Source: Candidatus Woykebacteria bacterium RBG_13_40_15 (GTDB lineage: Bacteria; Patescibacteriota; Microgenomatia; Woykebacterales; RBG-16-39-9b). From it: a stretch of 64,000 nucleotides of DNA. Shown piece by piece: positions 46,746-56,070 of this stretch. The DNA lies in contig MHCP01000030.1 of the NCBI GenBank assembly GCA_001816655.1, forward strand, positions 69,623-133,622, in the 5' to 3' direction. Numbering within the stretch: position 1 is the stretch's first letter; each line of letters opens with the position of its first letter. The notes under the pieces were generated by a model. The model had not been told where the DNA came from. It made no database searches and worked only from the letters and a program-made list of their open reading frames with translations. The position numbers and the translations under genes were made by a program.

Positions 46746-47029
46746 AGTTACCCTGTCTCCTCCTATTCTGTTTACCTGGCTTTAGCCGGCTTCTTCTCTT
46801 TCCTCGAACCAGATTTTAACAGATTTGGGATAAAAAATCGAAAATAAAATGCAATCTCTAGCTTTTTACTAGCTTTTACATGTAGAAAGGAAGAAAGATA
46901 GAAAGGGGGCGCAACCCTTGGGAGAATTGCGCCCCAGTGGTAGAAGGTGGCTTGCTGAAGCGTTTAGCGGCAAGCCACTGTAGGACCAGTACCCTACGTC
47001 AATCTTCAACCCGAGTCGTAAGGATCCGA

Positions 47030-47404
47030 TTAGGCAGGGACTTTTATCGGCTCCCTACAATCAAGGTTGATTGATAGCCCCAGATCCTTGTAGTGAGCAA
47101 GAACCACCCGGCATCTATCGCTAACTCGAAGCCGCTCATCGTTGTCCCCTGGAACAACCGCATTTAGGTTGTGCCTCTCAGCATCGGGGTACGGCTCGGG
47201 TGCGTAGAAGTAGCTGAACTCGGCGTCCGGGCAGACTTGTCTTATCTCTCTTACCACCGCCCGAACATGGGACGCTATGATCCTCACTTCTCCAGGGGCC
47301 CGCTCAAGCTCCGCTCGCAGCAGTGCAACGCCTGCTTCGATTGACTGCTTCACCGCTTGATCAACCGACTCGAGGGTATCGATTGGGATCATATCAATCT
47401 TCAT
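47030..47404 (-). CDS. GC-rich orphan hypothetical protein
   Basis: SD AAGGAG, TGTTAGAAT upstream, hairpins downstream. Confidence 0.55.
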   Translation of the reverse strand: MKIDMIPIDTLESVDQAVKQSIEAGVALLRAELERAPGEVRIIASHVRAVVREIRQVCPDAEFSYFYAPEPYPDAERHNLNAVVPGDNDERLRVSDRCRVVLAHYKDLGLSINLDCREPIKVPA

Positions 47405-47528
47405 TGACCGCTCCTTCCTCGTCTGATTCCCTGCTTCTTAATTAAATTCTAACATTATCAAGTTTTTTGTTCTAGCAAGGAAAAGTTTATTTGACGCAAA
47501 AGCCTCGCGATAATAAACTTAAAGATAG

Positions 47529-48362
47529 ATGGAAACTCCTGCCCAAGTCTCAGCAACCCAACCTCCCCAACCAGAGATAACGAAATCTGGTGGTGGAAAG
47601 CGGTTACTCTTCTTTTTTATTGTTTTAGTTCTTTTAATTGGTCCTTGGGTTTTTGAATTTGGTTTACTTGATCTATTAAGGGACCAACCAAAAGATTATA
47701 TCCCACCCGTCGCCACAAAAAGCGCCAAACCTAAAGCACCCACGTTTACAAAAGAAGAACTCATAGATTCTTTTGTCAATACAGCCATTTTTGACGTAAA
47801 GGAGCAGGAGATTTGTATTACCAGATGGAATAAAGCTGTTGTCACTATTGGATTTGCTCAAGCGCCAACAGAAAACATAAAAAAATACGTAGATGAATAT
47901 GTAGAACAATTCAACAGCGTTTCAAATTCTGTAAAACTAGTGGGAATAGATCAAGGCCAAGCAGACATAACAATACAACTACTTTCTGAATCTAAGTATC
48001 TAAACGTTGCAAATACAGAAAGAACTAAAAAGGCAAGGGGTTTTGCCCGTTGGGAGTACAACAAAGGCAGTTGCGAAACCTACACTGGCGGTGCTTACTT
48101 TAATATGACTCAATTGACTGCTGCTCTGGCACAAAAAATTATAATTTGGCATGAGCTTCAACACAATATGGGGTTTTGGGGCCATTCAGAACTAAAAGCT
48201 TGTACCATTCACGGAATGGCCTGTGATTTGAAAGAGTTTGGGGAAATCGAGAAAAACTTTATTGATATGCTTTATAACAGCGGTTTGCCTCTTTGTTCAA
48301 AATCACATGCAGCAACTACTTATTTGCTAAATAATTGGCAAAAAAAGTATAATGATAATTAA
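47529..48362 (+). CDS. Membrane-anchored zinc metallopeptidase (DUF2927/matrixin-like)
   Basis: HELQHNMGFWGH (HExxHxxGxxH-type) followed by a candidate Met-turn. Confidence 0.75.
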   Translation: METPAQVSATQPPQPEITKSGGGKRLLFFFIVLVLLIGPWVFEFGLLDLLRDQPKDYIPPVATKSAKPKAPTFTKEELIDSFVNTAIFDVKEQEICITRWNKAVVTIGFAQAPTENIKKYVDEYVEQFNSVSNSVKLVGIDQGQADITIQLLSESKYLNVANTERTKKARGFARWEYNKGSCETYTGGAYFNMTQLTAALAQKIIIWHELQHNMGFWGHSELKACTIHGMACDLKEFGEIEKNFIDMLYNSGLPLCSKSHAATTYLLNNWQKKYNDN

Positions 48363-48370
48363 CTGCCTTA

Positions 48371-49870
48371 ATGGGTAATCAAGAGCAACAACAACCGCAA
48401 CAAACTCCAAAGCCGAAAAGCAAGAAATTACTTTGGTTTTTTCTTATTTTAATTATTTTAATAATCACCGCTGCAATTGGTTGGTTCTTATGGCAGAAAT
48501 TTGGTAATAAGGAAGCCGCCAAAGAACAGGGTTTCTCAGGAGAACTTCAAGTCCAGGCAGCCAAAATTGATAGAAACCACACTGTCACAAAAACTTTTTC
48601 CACCGCAGGCGATACAATGTCTGTACGAGCCGCCGATGGGACTCTCTACACACTCACTGTTCCACCGGACGCCTTAATCTTGCCTTCAACAATTACTATG
48701 TCTGCTTTATCCGAATCCACCGTTGCCAATTGGGACAAGGGAGCCGCCGGATATGGTGTCTTTCTAGACGGTAAGTTTTCTTTTATACGACCCGCCTACA
48801 TCACTATTCAACCCAATACCGAAATGCCAACTCTAGGAAAAACGAAGGCTGCTGATTGGGGTAGATGCACCATTGCCTCTAGAGGGTATGATCCGGAAAT
48901 TTGTGCTGGAAACAACAAGATCCCGCTTCGAGGCGGGGTGGAACCAGGAAAAGTTGTAACTTATGTTTCATCAGAAAGAAAAGAGATACTTCTTACACCA
49001 ACCATCCCGATCGGAAAAGAAAATGTCTGGAACGGTTTTGTCTTTTACCCTGGGGCATATTTTGCCGACAAGATAAATAAAACAAAGGCAGGGCAACTAG
49101 TAGATAAAATGTATGATGGGGGTAACGATTATATAAACCAAACAGAAACCCTAATGCATCTCTGGGCTCTCGGGGGAGATCTAACAAAATACAAGAGCGA
49201 GATTGAAAGATTTGCCAGAGAAAAGAGAGATTATCCACGTGAAGTCTATAAAGGTGCAATCATCGCGAAGGTCGTAAAAGACGATACTACCTATCAAAAA
49301 AGGATAGAAGACTTTAAAGGGGTGTATGAGAAAGTTTTAACTCGTAAGGGTTCATCCTTCTTACCGCTGCCACGTTACTATTCTCTCCTTAACCAACTTT
49401 TGGTGCCGAGAAAAAAAAGTGCGTCTATCTTTGCTGCTTATGCCAGTTCAGATTGGACTTGGCCTGACACCCTTCCATGGTATGACGAGGATGCTAGAGG
49501 TGATACTGGTGGAGACTCCTCTTGGGAGGACGATATGAGGGAAAGATCAGACCAAATGCTAAGGAATATTATGGGAAATAGAAATGCTTTTTGCTACGAT
49601 AAATTTCAAGCGGCTGAAGCTCTTGAGGCTCTAGGAACTTTGGATGCGGCTGATCGAGATGCTATAAATTCGATTCTTGGCCAATGCAATAAAAAGTGTG
49701 CAACACTTGAGGAGTGTGAGCGTGCTGCCGACGATGCAAAGCGTTATGGAAATTCCGATGCTCTGGCAGAAGCACTCTACCGAATAATCGCCTTTTTAGA
49801 GCAAGGGACTGATTGCAAAGCGCAAGTTAAAAAGGATCTTTCTAATTACGGCCAAAATTTTTGTCAATAA
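48371..49870 (+). CDS. Membrane-anchored surface protein
   Basis: N-terminal TM, L.VP..AL beta domain, Cys-rich helical C-terminus. Confidence 0.7.
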   Translation: MGNQEQQQPQQTPKPKSKKLLWFFLILIILIITAAIGWFLWQKFGNKEAAKEQGFSGELQVQAAKIDRNHTVTKTFSTAGDTMSVRAADGTLYTLTVPPDALILPSTITMSALSESTVANWDKGAAGYGVFLDGKFSFIRPAYITIQPNTEMPTLGKTKAADWGRCTIASRGYDPEICAGNNKIPLRGGVEPGKVVTYVSSERKEILLTPTIPIGKENVWNGFVFYPGAYFADKINKTKAGQLVDKMYDGGNDYINQTETLMHLWALGGDLTKYKSEIERFAREKRDYPREVYKGAIIAKVVKDDTTYQKRIEDFKGVYEKVLTRKGSSFLPLPRYYSLLNQLLVPRKKSASIFAAYASSDWTWPDTLPWYDEDARGDTGGDSSWEDDMRERSDQMLRNIMGNRNAFCYDKFQAAEALEALGTLDAADRDAINSILGQCNKKCATLEECERAADDAKRYGNSDALAEALYRIIAFLEQGTDCKAQVKKDLSNYGQNFCQ

Positions 49871-49885
49871 AATGAAAGGAAAATT

Positions 49886-50329
49886 ATGAAAACTTTTCTT
49901 TTGTCAATATTAGCAATTGTAGTTGTCGCCGGCCTGATAGGAAGTGGTTTTGTATTATACGAGTACGGCAAGAAACAAGGAGAGGGAAAAACTACTCCTA
50001 CTACGATAACCAAATCCGCTAGCTCTTCTGCCACTACATCCGCTACTTCCGAAGAAGACATCAATAAAATTATTCGGGAATGCGTCCTCGGAATGGCAGC
50101 GCCAGGTATCACGGATGTGTCTATTGATAAAAAATATTATTACACCGACGCTCCGAAAACCCAGTGGATAAGATTCCATGTTTCCCCGATACCGCAAGGC
50201 TCGGCAGATCCAGCTTACGGAGTTATGAAAAAAGTTTCAGGCGGAAAGTGGACCGTGGTAGATTTCGGAACAGCCGGAGTGGAAGATACTCTCCCAGCAG
50301 ATGTCAAAACAGGCCTGGAATTTGAATAG
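49886..50329 (+). CDS. Small membrane-anchored protein with T/S linker
   Basis: TM, TTPTT..SATTSATS linker, KW.VVDFGT. Confidence 0.7.
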   Translation: MKTFLLSILAIVVVAGLIGSGFVLYEYGKKQGEGKTTPTTITKSASSSATTSATSEEDINKIIRECVLGMAAPGITDVSIDKKYYYTDAPKTQWIRFHVSPIPQGSADPAYGVMKKVSGGKWTVVDFGTAGVEDTLPADVKTGLEFE

Positions 50330-50392
50330 CTAGCCTTCAGAAATTAAAGGAGAGGGCAGGTATCGACTTGTTTTTCCCTCCCCTTGTCCTGC

Positions 50393-50776
50393 TTAGTAGA
50401 GGCCGCCGCTTGGTCTGACTGGCTTTCTTGTTGTTTGGACATAGATTGCTAGTCCTCTGTACATCCTCCAGTCAGCGGCGAGGAAGTGATTAACCCCGGC
50501 TCGCCGAAGAACCCGACACGCCCGAACGACCTCTTCGTCCCAAAGCGTGCTACTGATGGAAGCAGCCCCCGACTTCTCCCACCCTAAGAGAAAGGCGTAG
50601 GTCGAGCCGTCCAACGATATCTCTCCTGGGAAATAGGGATTGTCTAGTACCCAAACCGAACGCGATTCGAAAGAGGTTTGCCCCACCGCACCTATGGTCA
50701 GACGGCACATTTCGCCGCGAACTACTCTCAGCTGTTTTCTTCCTTCAACTGCAACCATGGTGAAAGCCTCCTTCAT
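50393..50776 (-). CDS. GC-rich orphan hypothetical protein
   Basis: TGTTAAAAT upstream, hairpin at about 50350-50382. Confidence 0.45.
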   Translation of the reverse strand: MKEAFTMVAVEGRKQLRVVRGEMCRLTIGAVGQTSFESRSVWVLDNPYFPGEISLDGSTYAFLLGWEKSGAASISSTLWDEEVVRACRVLRRAGVNHFLAADWRMYRGLAIYVQTTRKPVRPSGGLY

Positions 50777-50892
50777 CGCTTTACCAAGCTACTCCCACGA
50801 CAAGGCTTTTTTATATCTCGTTTGGCGGTTTGATTTTAACATATTTGAAAGGTATTCGTCTACATTATGGGATAAAGTTACTACAGGGAGAT

Positions 50893-51393
50893 TTATTGCC
50901 TCTTATAAAAACCAACGAGTTCGGTGTGGGAGATAATATGATTAGACATTGTGTCTTCAAGTTCTTCCCGGCTCATACCGGTTGATAAATCCAACTTTGT
51001 ATCAAGAGCATAAAGGTTGAAGACGTAGTGATGAGTTCCTTGGCTTGGGCAAGGACCACCGTAACCGGTCTTTCCGAAATCATTTTTGCCCTCTACTAAA
51101 CCGGCTGGCAGCATGCCTTCTGAAATTTCTTTTGTGTCGGCCGGTATATTCCAAACTACCCAGTGAGTAAAATGGCCGCTTGGTGAATCTGGATCGACAA
51201 CTGTCAATACCAAACTTTGCGAGCCGCTAGGAATTTCTGAAAATAAAAGCGAGGGGATGATATCCTGTCCGTCACAGGTATATTTGGAAGGAATAGCTTG
51301 ATTTTGTTCAAAAGCTGTACTAGTTATCTTCATAGATTTAGAAATCGGTATATTACCCAGTTTATTTTGCGACTTGTTTTGAGTCTTTGTCAA
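50893..51393 (-). CDS. YbhB/YbcL (PEBP) family protein
   Basis: DPD.P, HWVVWNI, GPCP and H.Y.F..YALD motifs. Confidence 0.92.
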   Translation of the reverse strand: MTKTQNKSQNKLGNIPISKSMKITSTAFEQNQAIPSKYTCDGQDIIPSLLFSEIPSGSQSLVLTVVDPDSPSGHFTHWVVWNIPADTKEISEGMLPAGLVEGKNDFGKTGYGGPCPSQGTHHYVFNLYALDTKLDLSTGMSREELEDTMSNHIISHTELVGFYKRQ

Positions 51394-51515
51394 TAGAAAT
51401 GAATCACTCTACATTCTTAAATAACAACAAGCAAGCTCTACACATCGGGAAGGGCCTGCAGCTTTTACACCCAGGCCCTTGTGACACTCCTTTCCCCCTT
51501 TTCTTATGCGAAGTC

Positions 51516-51893
51516 TTAGCTGATGTCTCTGAGGTACAAGGCCACTGCTTCGAAACTTGCCTGGCCGTCGCGCTCGGAACCCTTGGCAAGAGCAAAGACT
51601 ACACCGTGAGCACTGTTCATGCCCCGAAGAGCTTCCCACAAGTCTCGGTTGCGAAGAGGTGCGGCTAAGCGGGAGTCACCGTCATTAACTGAGAAATATC
51701 TTGTTCGTCTACTGATAACTCGATGGAACCCCCTAATCCCTTCGTAAACTTCCTTGGGAAATTGGGTCACTTTTCGGCCCATCAAAAAAACGGGCACAAT
51801 TAAGGACCCCTTCTCCCCAAGGGCAGTGATGGTTAGCCACATCTGGCTTTCAGGATCTAGACGCACTGCTTCCTTTCCCGAACTACTAGTCAT
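51516..51893 (-). CDS. GC-rich orphan hypothetical protein
   Basis: SD AGGAGG; AAGGGCCTG/CAGGCCCTT hairpin downstream. Confidence 0.5.
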   Translation of the reverse strand: MTSSSGKEAVRLDPESQMWLTITALGEKGSLIVPVFLMGRKVTQFPKEVYEGIRGFHRVISRRTRYFSVNDGDSRLAAPLRNRDLWEALRGMNSAHGVVFALAKGSERDGQASFEAVALYLRDIS

Positions 51894-52036
51894 CTTTCTC
51901 CTCCTAAACGATGGTCTTGAACGCTATTTTACTATAAAAGGCCAAACATTGATTGAAAAATCAAAGTAAACAAATCAAGCGGGATTGGGGCTAGCGCCTT
52001 TTGCAAATTATAAATTTTTGGGCTTCCTCTAGAGAT

Positions 52037-52735
52037 TTATTTGAGGGTTACTGTGGAAAAAATTTGTTCGTATTCGGCTGAAGAAACAGTATTTTTTGTG
52101 TCAGTAATAACAAGGTAGTTAAACAGATAAACTTTTTGGTTGCTAGCAACAACATAACCCACTTGATCGTAGCTTTGAACACCATCGTAGGTTATTTTCA
52201 AAGTGGCTTTGCTATCTATTGTCAGCTCAGAAGTTTCTTGGAGTAAGTACCCGGAGAAAAACGTTTGATGTGAATTGTAAAAATTCGTCAAGCTTAGATT
52301 TTCCGGGTTGTTGGCAACATTAACCATAAACATCCCAAGCAACTCCTTACCAGAAGATTTTTGAAATTCGACTAATCTAAGCCAAATCTCTCCTGTTTTT
52401 GATTTTTGGGAGTTGGAATTATCATACTCATTAGTTTTCACCCATCCAACTGGGTATTTAAGAGAAAATTTACCTATTGCATCAGTGTAAAGCGTCCAAT
52501 TCTTTGTTGATTCTAGCTCATCTGTCTTTTTCGCAGAGGATGTAGATGTTTTTTTAGGACTTGGTGTAGCTACTAGTTTATTTGTAGTAGCGGCAGTATT
52601 ATCTTCTGTCTTTGTTTGGAATTGAACGTAAAACCAAATTCCAACAGCGATTAGAGTTGTAATAAGTAAAATGGGAATAACCGTAAGAATTACTTTTTTC
52701 CAGCTAATTAGCGGGACGGAAGATTTTTCAGGCAT
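52037..52735 (-). CDS. Membrane-anchored PsbP-like protein
   Basis: TM, T/S linker, W..Y......FSLKYP.GW and C-terminal QIFST. Confidence 0.7.
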   Translation of the reverse strand: MPEKSSVPLISWKKVILTVIPILLITTLIAVGIWFYVQFQTKTEDNTAATTNKLVATPSPKKTSTSSAKKTDELESTKNWTLYTDAIGKFSLKYPVGWVKTNEYDNSNSQKSKTGEIWLRLVEFQKSSGKELLGMFMVNVANNPENLSLTNFYNSHQTFFSGYLLQETSELTIDSKATLKITYDGVQSYDQVGYVVASNQKVYLFNYLVITDTKNTVSSAEYEQIFSTVTLK

Positions 52736-52815
52736 TAGATTTATTATATCTTTTCAAAGAAAACATACGCAAGACGTAATCTTGCTCGCTCTTATAAAAC
52801 AGCTTTGGAATGCAA

Positions 52816-53511
52816 TCAAGCATTCTTTTTGACTGACAATTCTTCTTTTACTTTGTCGTACCAGGTGCAAAATGGGCAATCTTCTGCGGGATTTGGAATT
52901 TCTTTTTCTAAAACTGATTTTGCTTTTTTTATTCTTTCATTTGTTTTTTTTGGGTCCCCATTAAGTTTTTGGATATGGATAATCATTGGAAACCCTTTGT
53001 GCAGTTCTTCTGAGTGGTCCGGGAAAAAGTAGATTAAATAACCGTAGCCAGTAACTTTTTTTCCATTTTCAGCCAAGATATAAACATAATCATCAATTTG
53101 GGATTGGTATGCTCCCAAAACTTCTTTCTCGCGCGGATCGGAACTCGCAGTTTTGAAGTCAACTGGGATGTGCTCTCCTTTCTCATCCACCAGGCATTCA
53201 TCGAGCTTTCCAAAAAACCCATATTTTTCATCGATCCGCACAAAATATTTTTCCTGAAACGGGTTTTGCAACTTCCCACCCAACTTTCCCACGACAAGTG
53301 GCGGCAGCTCCCCAAGTGGTCGGAAAATATTAAAATAATTTTTTAAAACTGTGTCGAAGCGATTTGGCAAGCGGGATACAATTCCTTCTGGCTGATAAAT
53401 TCCTCTACGGTATTGCAGCCAAAAGCATCTCGGGCAGCGCTCAAGCACTTCAACACCTGTATGGGAAAGCCAAATACGGCCATCTTTACTCATATGTTTA
53501 TGAACTACCAT
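52816..53511 (-). CDS. PD-(D/E)XK nuclease (RecB/Cas4-like)
   Basis: CPRC, GKLD..DFKT, Q...Y and C-terminal CPFC. Confidence 0.85.
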   Translation of the reverse strand: MVVHKHMSKDGRIWLSHTGVEVLERCPRCFWLQYRRGIYQPEGIVSRLPNRFDTVLKNYFNIFRPLGELPPLVVGKLGGKLQNPFQEKYFVRIDEKYGFFGKLDECLVDEKGEHIPVDFKTASSDPREKEVLGAYQSQIDDYVYILAENGKKVTGYGYLIYFFPDHSEELHKGFPMIIHIQKLNGDPKKTNERIKKAKSVLEKEIPNPAEDCPFCTWYDKVKEELSVKKNA

Positions 53512-53520
53512 TGGTTTACA

Positions 53521-53609
53521 CCCATGGTATCCTCAGGCTTCGCCTTCGGCGAGTACGTAATTGTTCAATTCCCCCACGGGTAGAAACCCGTGGTACTCTT
53601 GAACAATTA
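53521..53609. mobile_element. Non-coding palindromic element resembling IS200/IS605-type ends
   Basis: TAATTGTTCAA..CCACGGG-TAGAAA-CCCGTGG..TTGAACAATTA plus a degenerate half copy at 53521. Confidence 0.45.
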
Positions 53610-53651
53610 TAGATTCTAAAGCTGTATCAAGAAGGTGTCAAGGAAGGGGTT

Positions 53652-53936
53652 TTAAACTAAATCATCTTCTGAAGGGAGAAATTTTTCATTTTCAAAAGAT
53701 TGGTTTATCTCTGGTTTAACTTGCTCTTCCTCCCTAGGATCATCAGCGAAGCGTTGAACCCTACCAATGATTCCATTTGTTAATCGCACTTTATGGCCTC
53801 TTGGGTGAAATTTCTTACTCGTCAGAACATCCTTGACAACCCCTTCAGTCAATTTACCAGATTCATAATCTTTTTTCTGGACTATTAATACTTTTTCACC
53901 GCTCTTTGGATAACGACTTCCAACTTCGTAGCTCAT
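53652..53936 (-). CDS. YwbE (DUF2196) family protein
   Basis: V.IVQKKD..SGKLTEGVV.D.LT....HPRG.KVRL..G.IGRVQ pattern. Confidence 0.85.
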   Translation of the reverse strand: MSYEVGSRYPKSGEKVLIVQKKDYESGKLTEGVVKDVLTSKKFHPRGHKVRLTNGIIGRVQRFADDPREEEQVKPEINQSFENEKFLPSEDDLV

Positions 53937-54829
53937 TTTTTGCGTCTCTCTCCCCATTCCTGCCACAAAACAAGCAGGGGCGCGGCATTAAAGACGGAAG
54001 AATACGTACCTGAAACTACCCCAATCAAGAGGGCTGCAGTAAACCAACGGATGTTTGCTCCACCAAAAAGTAGTACTGCCAAAAGAACCAAAACAACTGT
54101 CAGGGAAGTATTTATGGAACGATCAATCGTTTGGATTATGGAGTGATTTACTGTATCTGCAAAACTATTTCCAACTCCTTTTGATAAATTCTCTCTGATT
54201 CTATCAAAAACAACGATCGTATCGTGGACAGAAAATCCAATAATTGTAAGTAGCGCTGTAATAAATAATGCATCGATTTCAACCCCAAAGAAATGCCCAA
54301 AGATTGAAAAAATTCCAACAACTACTAACACATCATGAAGGAGTGCAACAACAGCGCAAATCCCAAACCGCCAGGAAGATGCCGGAGCTGGCACTTTACG
54401 GAAAGCTAAAGCAATATAAAGCACGATAGCTAAAGAAGCGACACCAATTGCGAGCAGCGCTTTCTTCATTAATTCCGATCCAATTGTTGGACCAATAGTT
54501 TCAATACTTACCTGCTCAACATTGCCAAATTTGTTTTGAGAGGAAGCTATAATCGATTTTCGGCTATTTTCATCCAATGGCTTTGTTCTAACCAAATATG
54601 TCTTGCTTTCAGTTGATGCAATTGAGGCTACTTCAACACCAGTCGTTTTAATAGTTTTTTCAAGATTTTCTTTAGATACAGATTGAGAAAATTTTAACTC
54701 AAGGAGGGTCCCGCCGGTAAAATCAACCCCTAGATTCAATCCCCACAGAACCAAAGCTACCAAACCAGGAATAATAACTAAAAGAGAAAAGCCAAAATAC
54801 CAAAATTTTTTGCCTGCTATGTCAATCAT
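53933..54829 (-). CDS. secF: Protein translocase subunit SecF
   Basis: G.DFTGG, HDV, S..DTIVVFDRIRE and GTYSS motifs. Confidence 0.95.
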   Translation of the reverse strand: MIDIAGKKFWYFGFSLLVIIPGLVALVLWGLNLGVDFTGGTLLELKFSQSVSKENLEKTIKTTGVEVASIASTESKTYLVRTKPLDENSRKSIIASSQNKFGNVEQVSIETIGPTIGSELMKKALLAIGVASLAIVLYIALAFRKVPAPASSWRFGICAVVALLHDVLVVVGIFSIFGHFFGVEIDALFITALLTIIGFSVHDTIVVFDRIRENLSKGVGNSFADTVNHSIIQTIDRSINTSLTVVLVLLAVLLFGGANIRWFTAALLIGVVSGTYSSVFNAAPLLVLWQEWGERRKK

Positions 54830-55154
54830 TTTTACCTTCCTTTAAACTACGAATATCTTCTATTATTTCATTTTCTAAAACTTTCGCGGCGCGAGCTAAA
54901 ACTACTTCGATATTCTCGATTTTTTCTCTCAAAAACTCTATAAAAACTTCTGATGCGCCGCTTTCTAGTTGCTCTAAGAAAAGTTCCTTATCTTTCTTTT
55001 CCAGTCTTTCTAAAATTAGATCGATCAGGCGAACCTCAGCAATTTCATCTGCCATCTTTAATAACTTTTCTCTTTCTTCATTTGAAATATTAAGAGTTTG
55101 TAGCTCAAAAATAATATTTTCTTTCTTTAAGAAGGCAGTTGCAATTATACTCAT
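54822..55154 (-). CDS. Acidic helical hypothetical protein
   Basis: Overlaps neighbours within the secD-secF operon. Confidence 0.7.
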   Translation of the reverse strand: MSIIATAFLKKENIIFELQTLNISNEEREKLLKMADEIAEVRLIDLILERLEKKDKELFLEQLESGASEVFIEFLREKIENIEVVLARAAKVLENEIIEDIRSLKEGKND

Positions 55155-56068
55155 AGACCATACCTCCCAAGCGGCACTTGATCAGCCGGATCATCGACAA
55201 AATACATTAATACATTTATTCCCCCGCCACGAAGCCCAAGCTCTTCCATTACCTCAGGAGAGCCACCAAAAGCTCTCCCTGTCCCAGTTTCGGGTCCTGC
55301 GTCCTCCAAGACTCCAACTACCGCCTTGCCATTTTGGGGATTTATAACAATCATTTTTCGATGTCGAAACCACTCCTTTGTAGCTGCCGAGCCCCAGTTT
55401 GGCGACAACCAAGTCTGGGCCACCAAGTAATACCTTTCCCTTTCAATGTCTTTTTCTGTTAACGCCTGCCTACTCGGCACAATGTACCCCCAAGCCCCAG
55501 GACCACCAGCCATTGAAGCGTGTGAATATCTTTTATAATCACCACTAGTTTCAAAATGGGTGAGGATATTATCTCCTGGATACCTCGTCAGATGCGATTC
55601 GTAACCTATTATCCCGCTAGTTTTGTTAAGCCGAATTCCCTGCAACTCTGATACTATTTTGATATTAAGCTCCTTACTTAACTTTTCCGTAAGAACATTT
55701 TCATCAGACATTCTAGTAGTGTTTAGAATTTTCTTTACCCTATCACTAGTATCTTTTTTTGCACTTAAAAATGCTGGAAGGTTTCCTTCCAAAAGTTCTC
55801 TATGTAATTCTTTCACTGCAGGGGCGTGTGAAATTTGAGCAGCTCCTGAGGAAACCAATACCGCACCAGCAGCAAAACTGGCTGCCAAAGTCCTCGCCCC
55901 TTTAGAAACAACATCATTAACATTTATCTTTCGACGAGCGGCCCAACTGACTACGTCTTCATGCTTTTCCTTAAATTCCGCGAGAAGGGCGCTCCTTCTC
56001 TTCTGAAATCCAGCAGCTAATACTTTAAATTGTTTGCTCTCCTTTTTTTGCCAAAAACGCAAGTCCAT
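55151..56068 (-). CDS. Hypothetical protein with possible RlpA-like double-psi beta-barrel C-terminus
   Basis: V.NP.NGK.VV..L.D.GP....R....S pattern. Confidence 0.55.
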   Translation of the reverse strand: MDLRFWQKKESKQFKVLAAGFQKRRSALLAEFKEKHEDVVSWAARRKINVNDVVSKGARTLAASFAAGAVLVSSGAAQISHAPAVKELHRELLEGNLPAFLSAKKDTSDRVKKILNTTRMSDENVLTEKLSKELNIKIVSELQGIRLNKTSGIIGYESHLTRYPGDNILTHFETSGDYKRYSHASMAGGPGAWGYIVPSRQALTEKDIERERYYLVAQTWLSPNWGSAATKEWFRHRKMIVINPQNGKAVVGVLEDAGPETGTGRAFGGSPEVMEELGLRGGGINVLMYFVDDPADQVPLGRYGL

Positions 56069-56070
56069 TT

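Noticed and set aside
52816-53511. Nuclease as part of a CRISPR-Cas adaptation module
   Set aside because: No cas1, cas2 or array nearby; solo PD-(D/E)XK proteins of this type are common.
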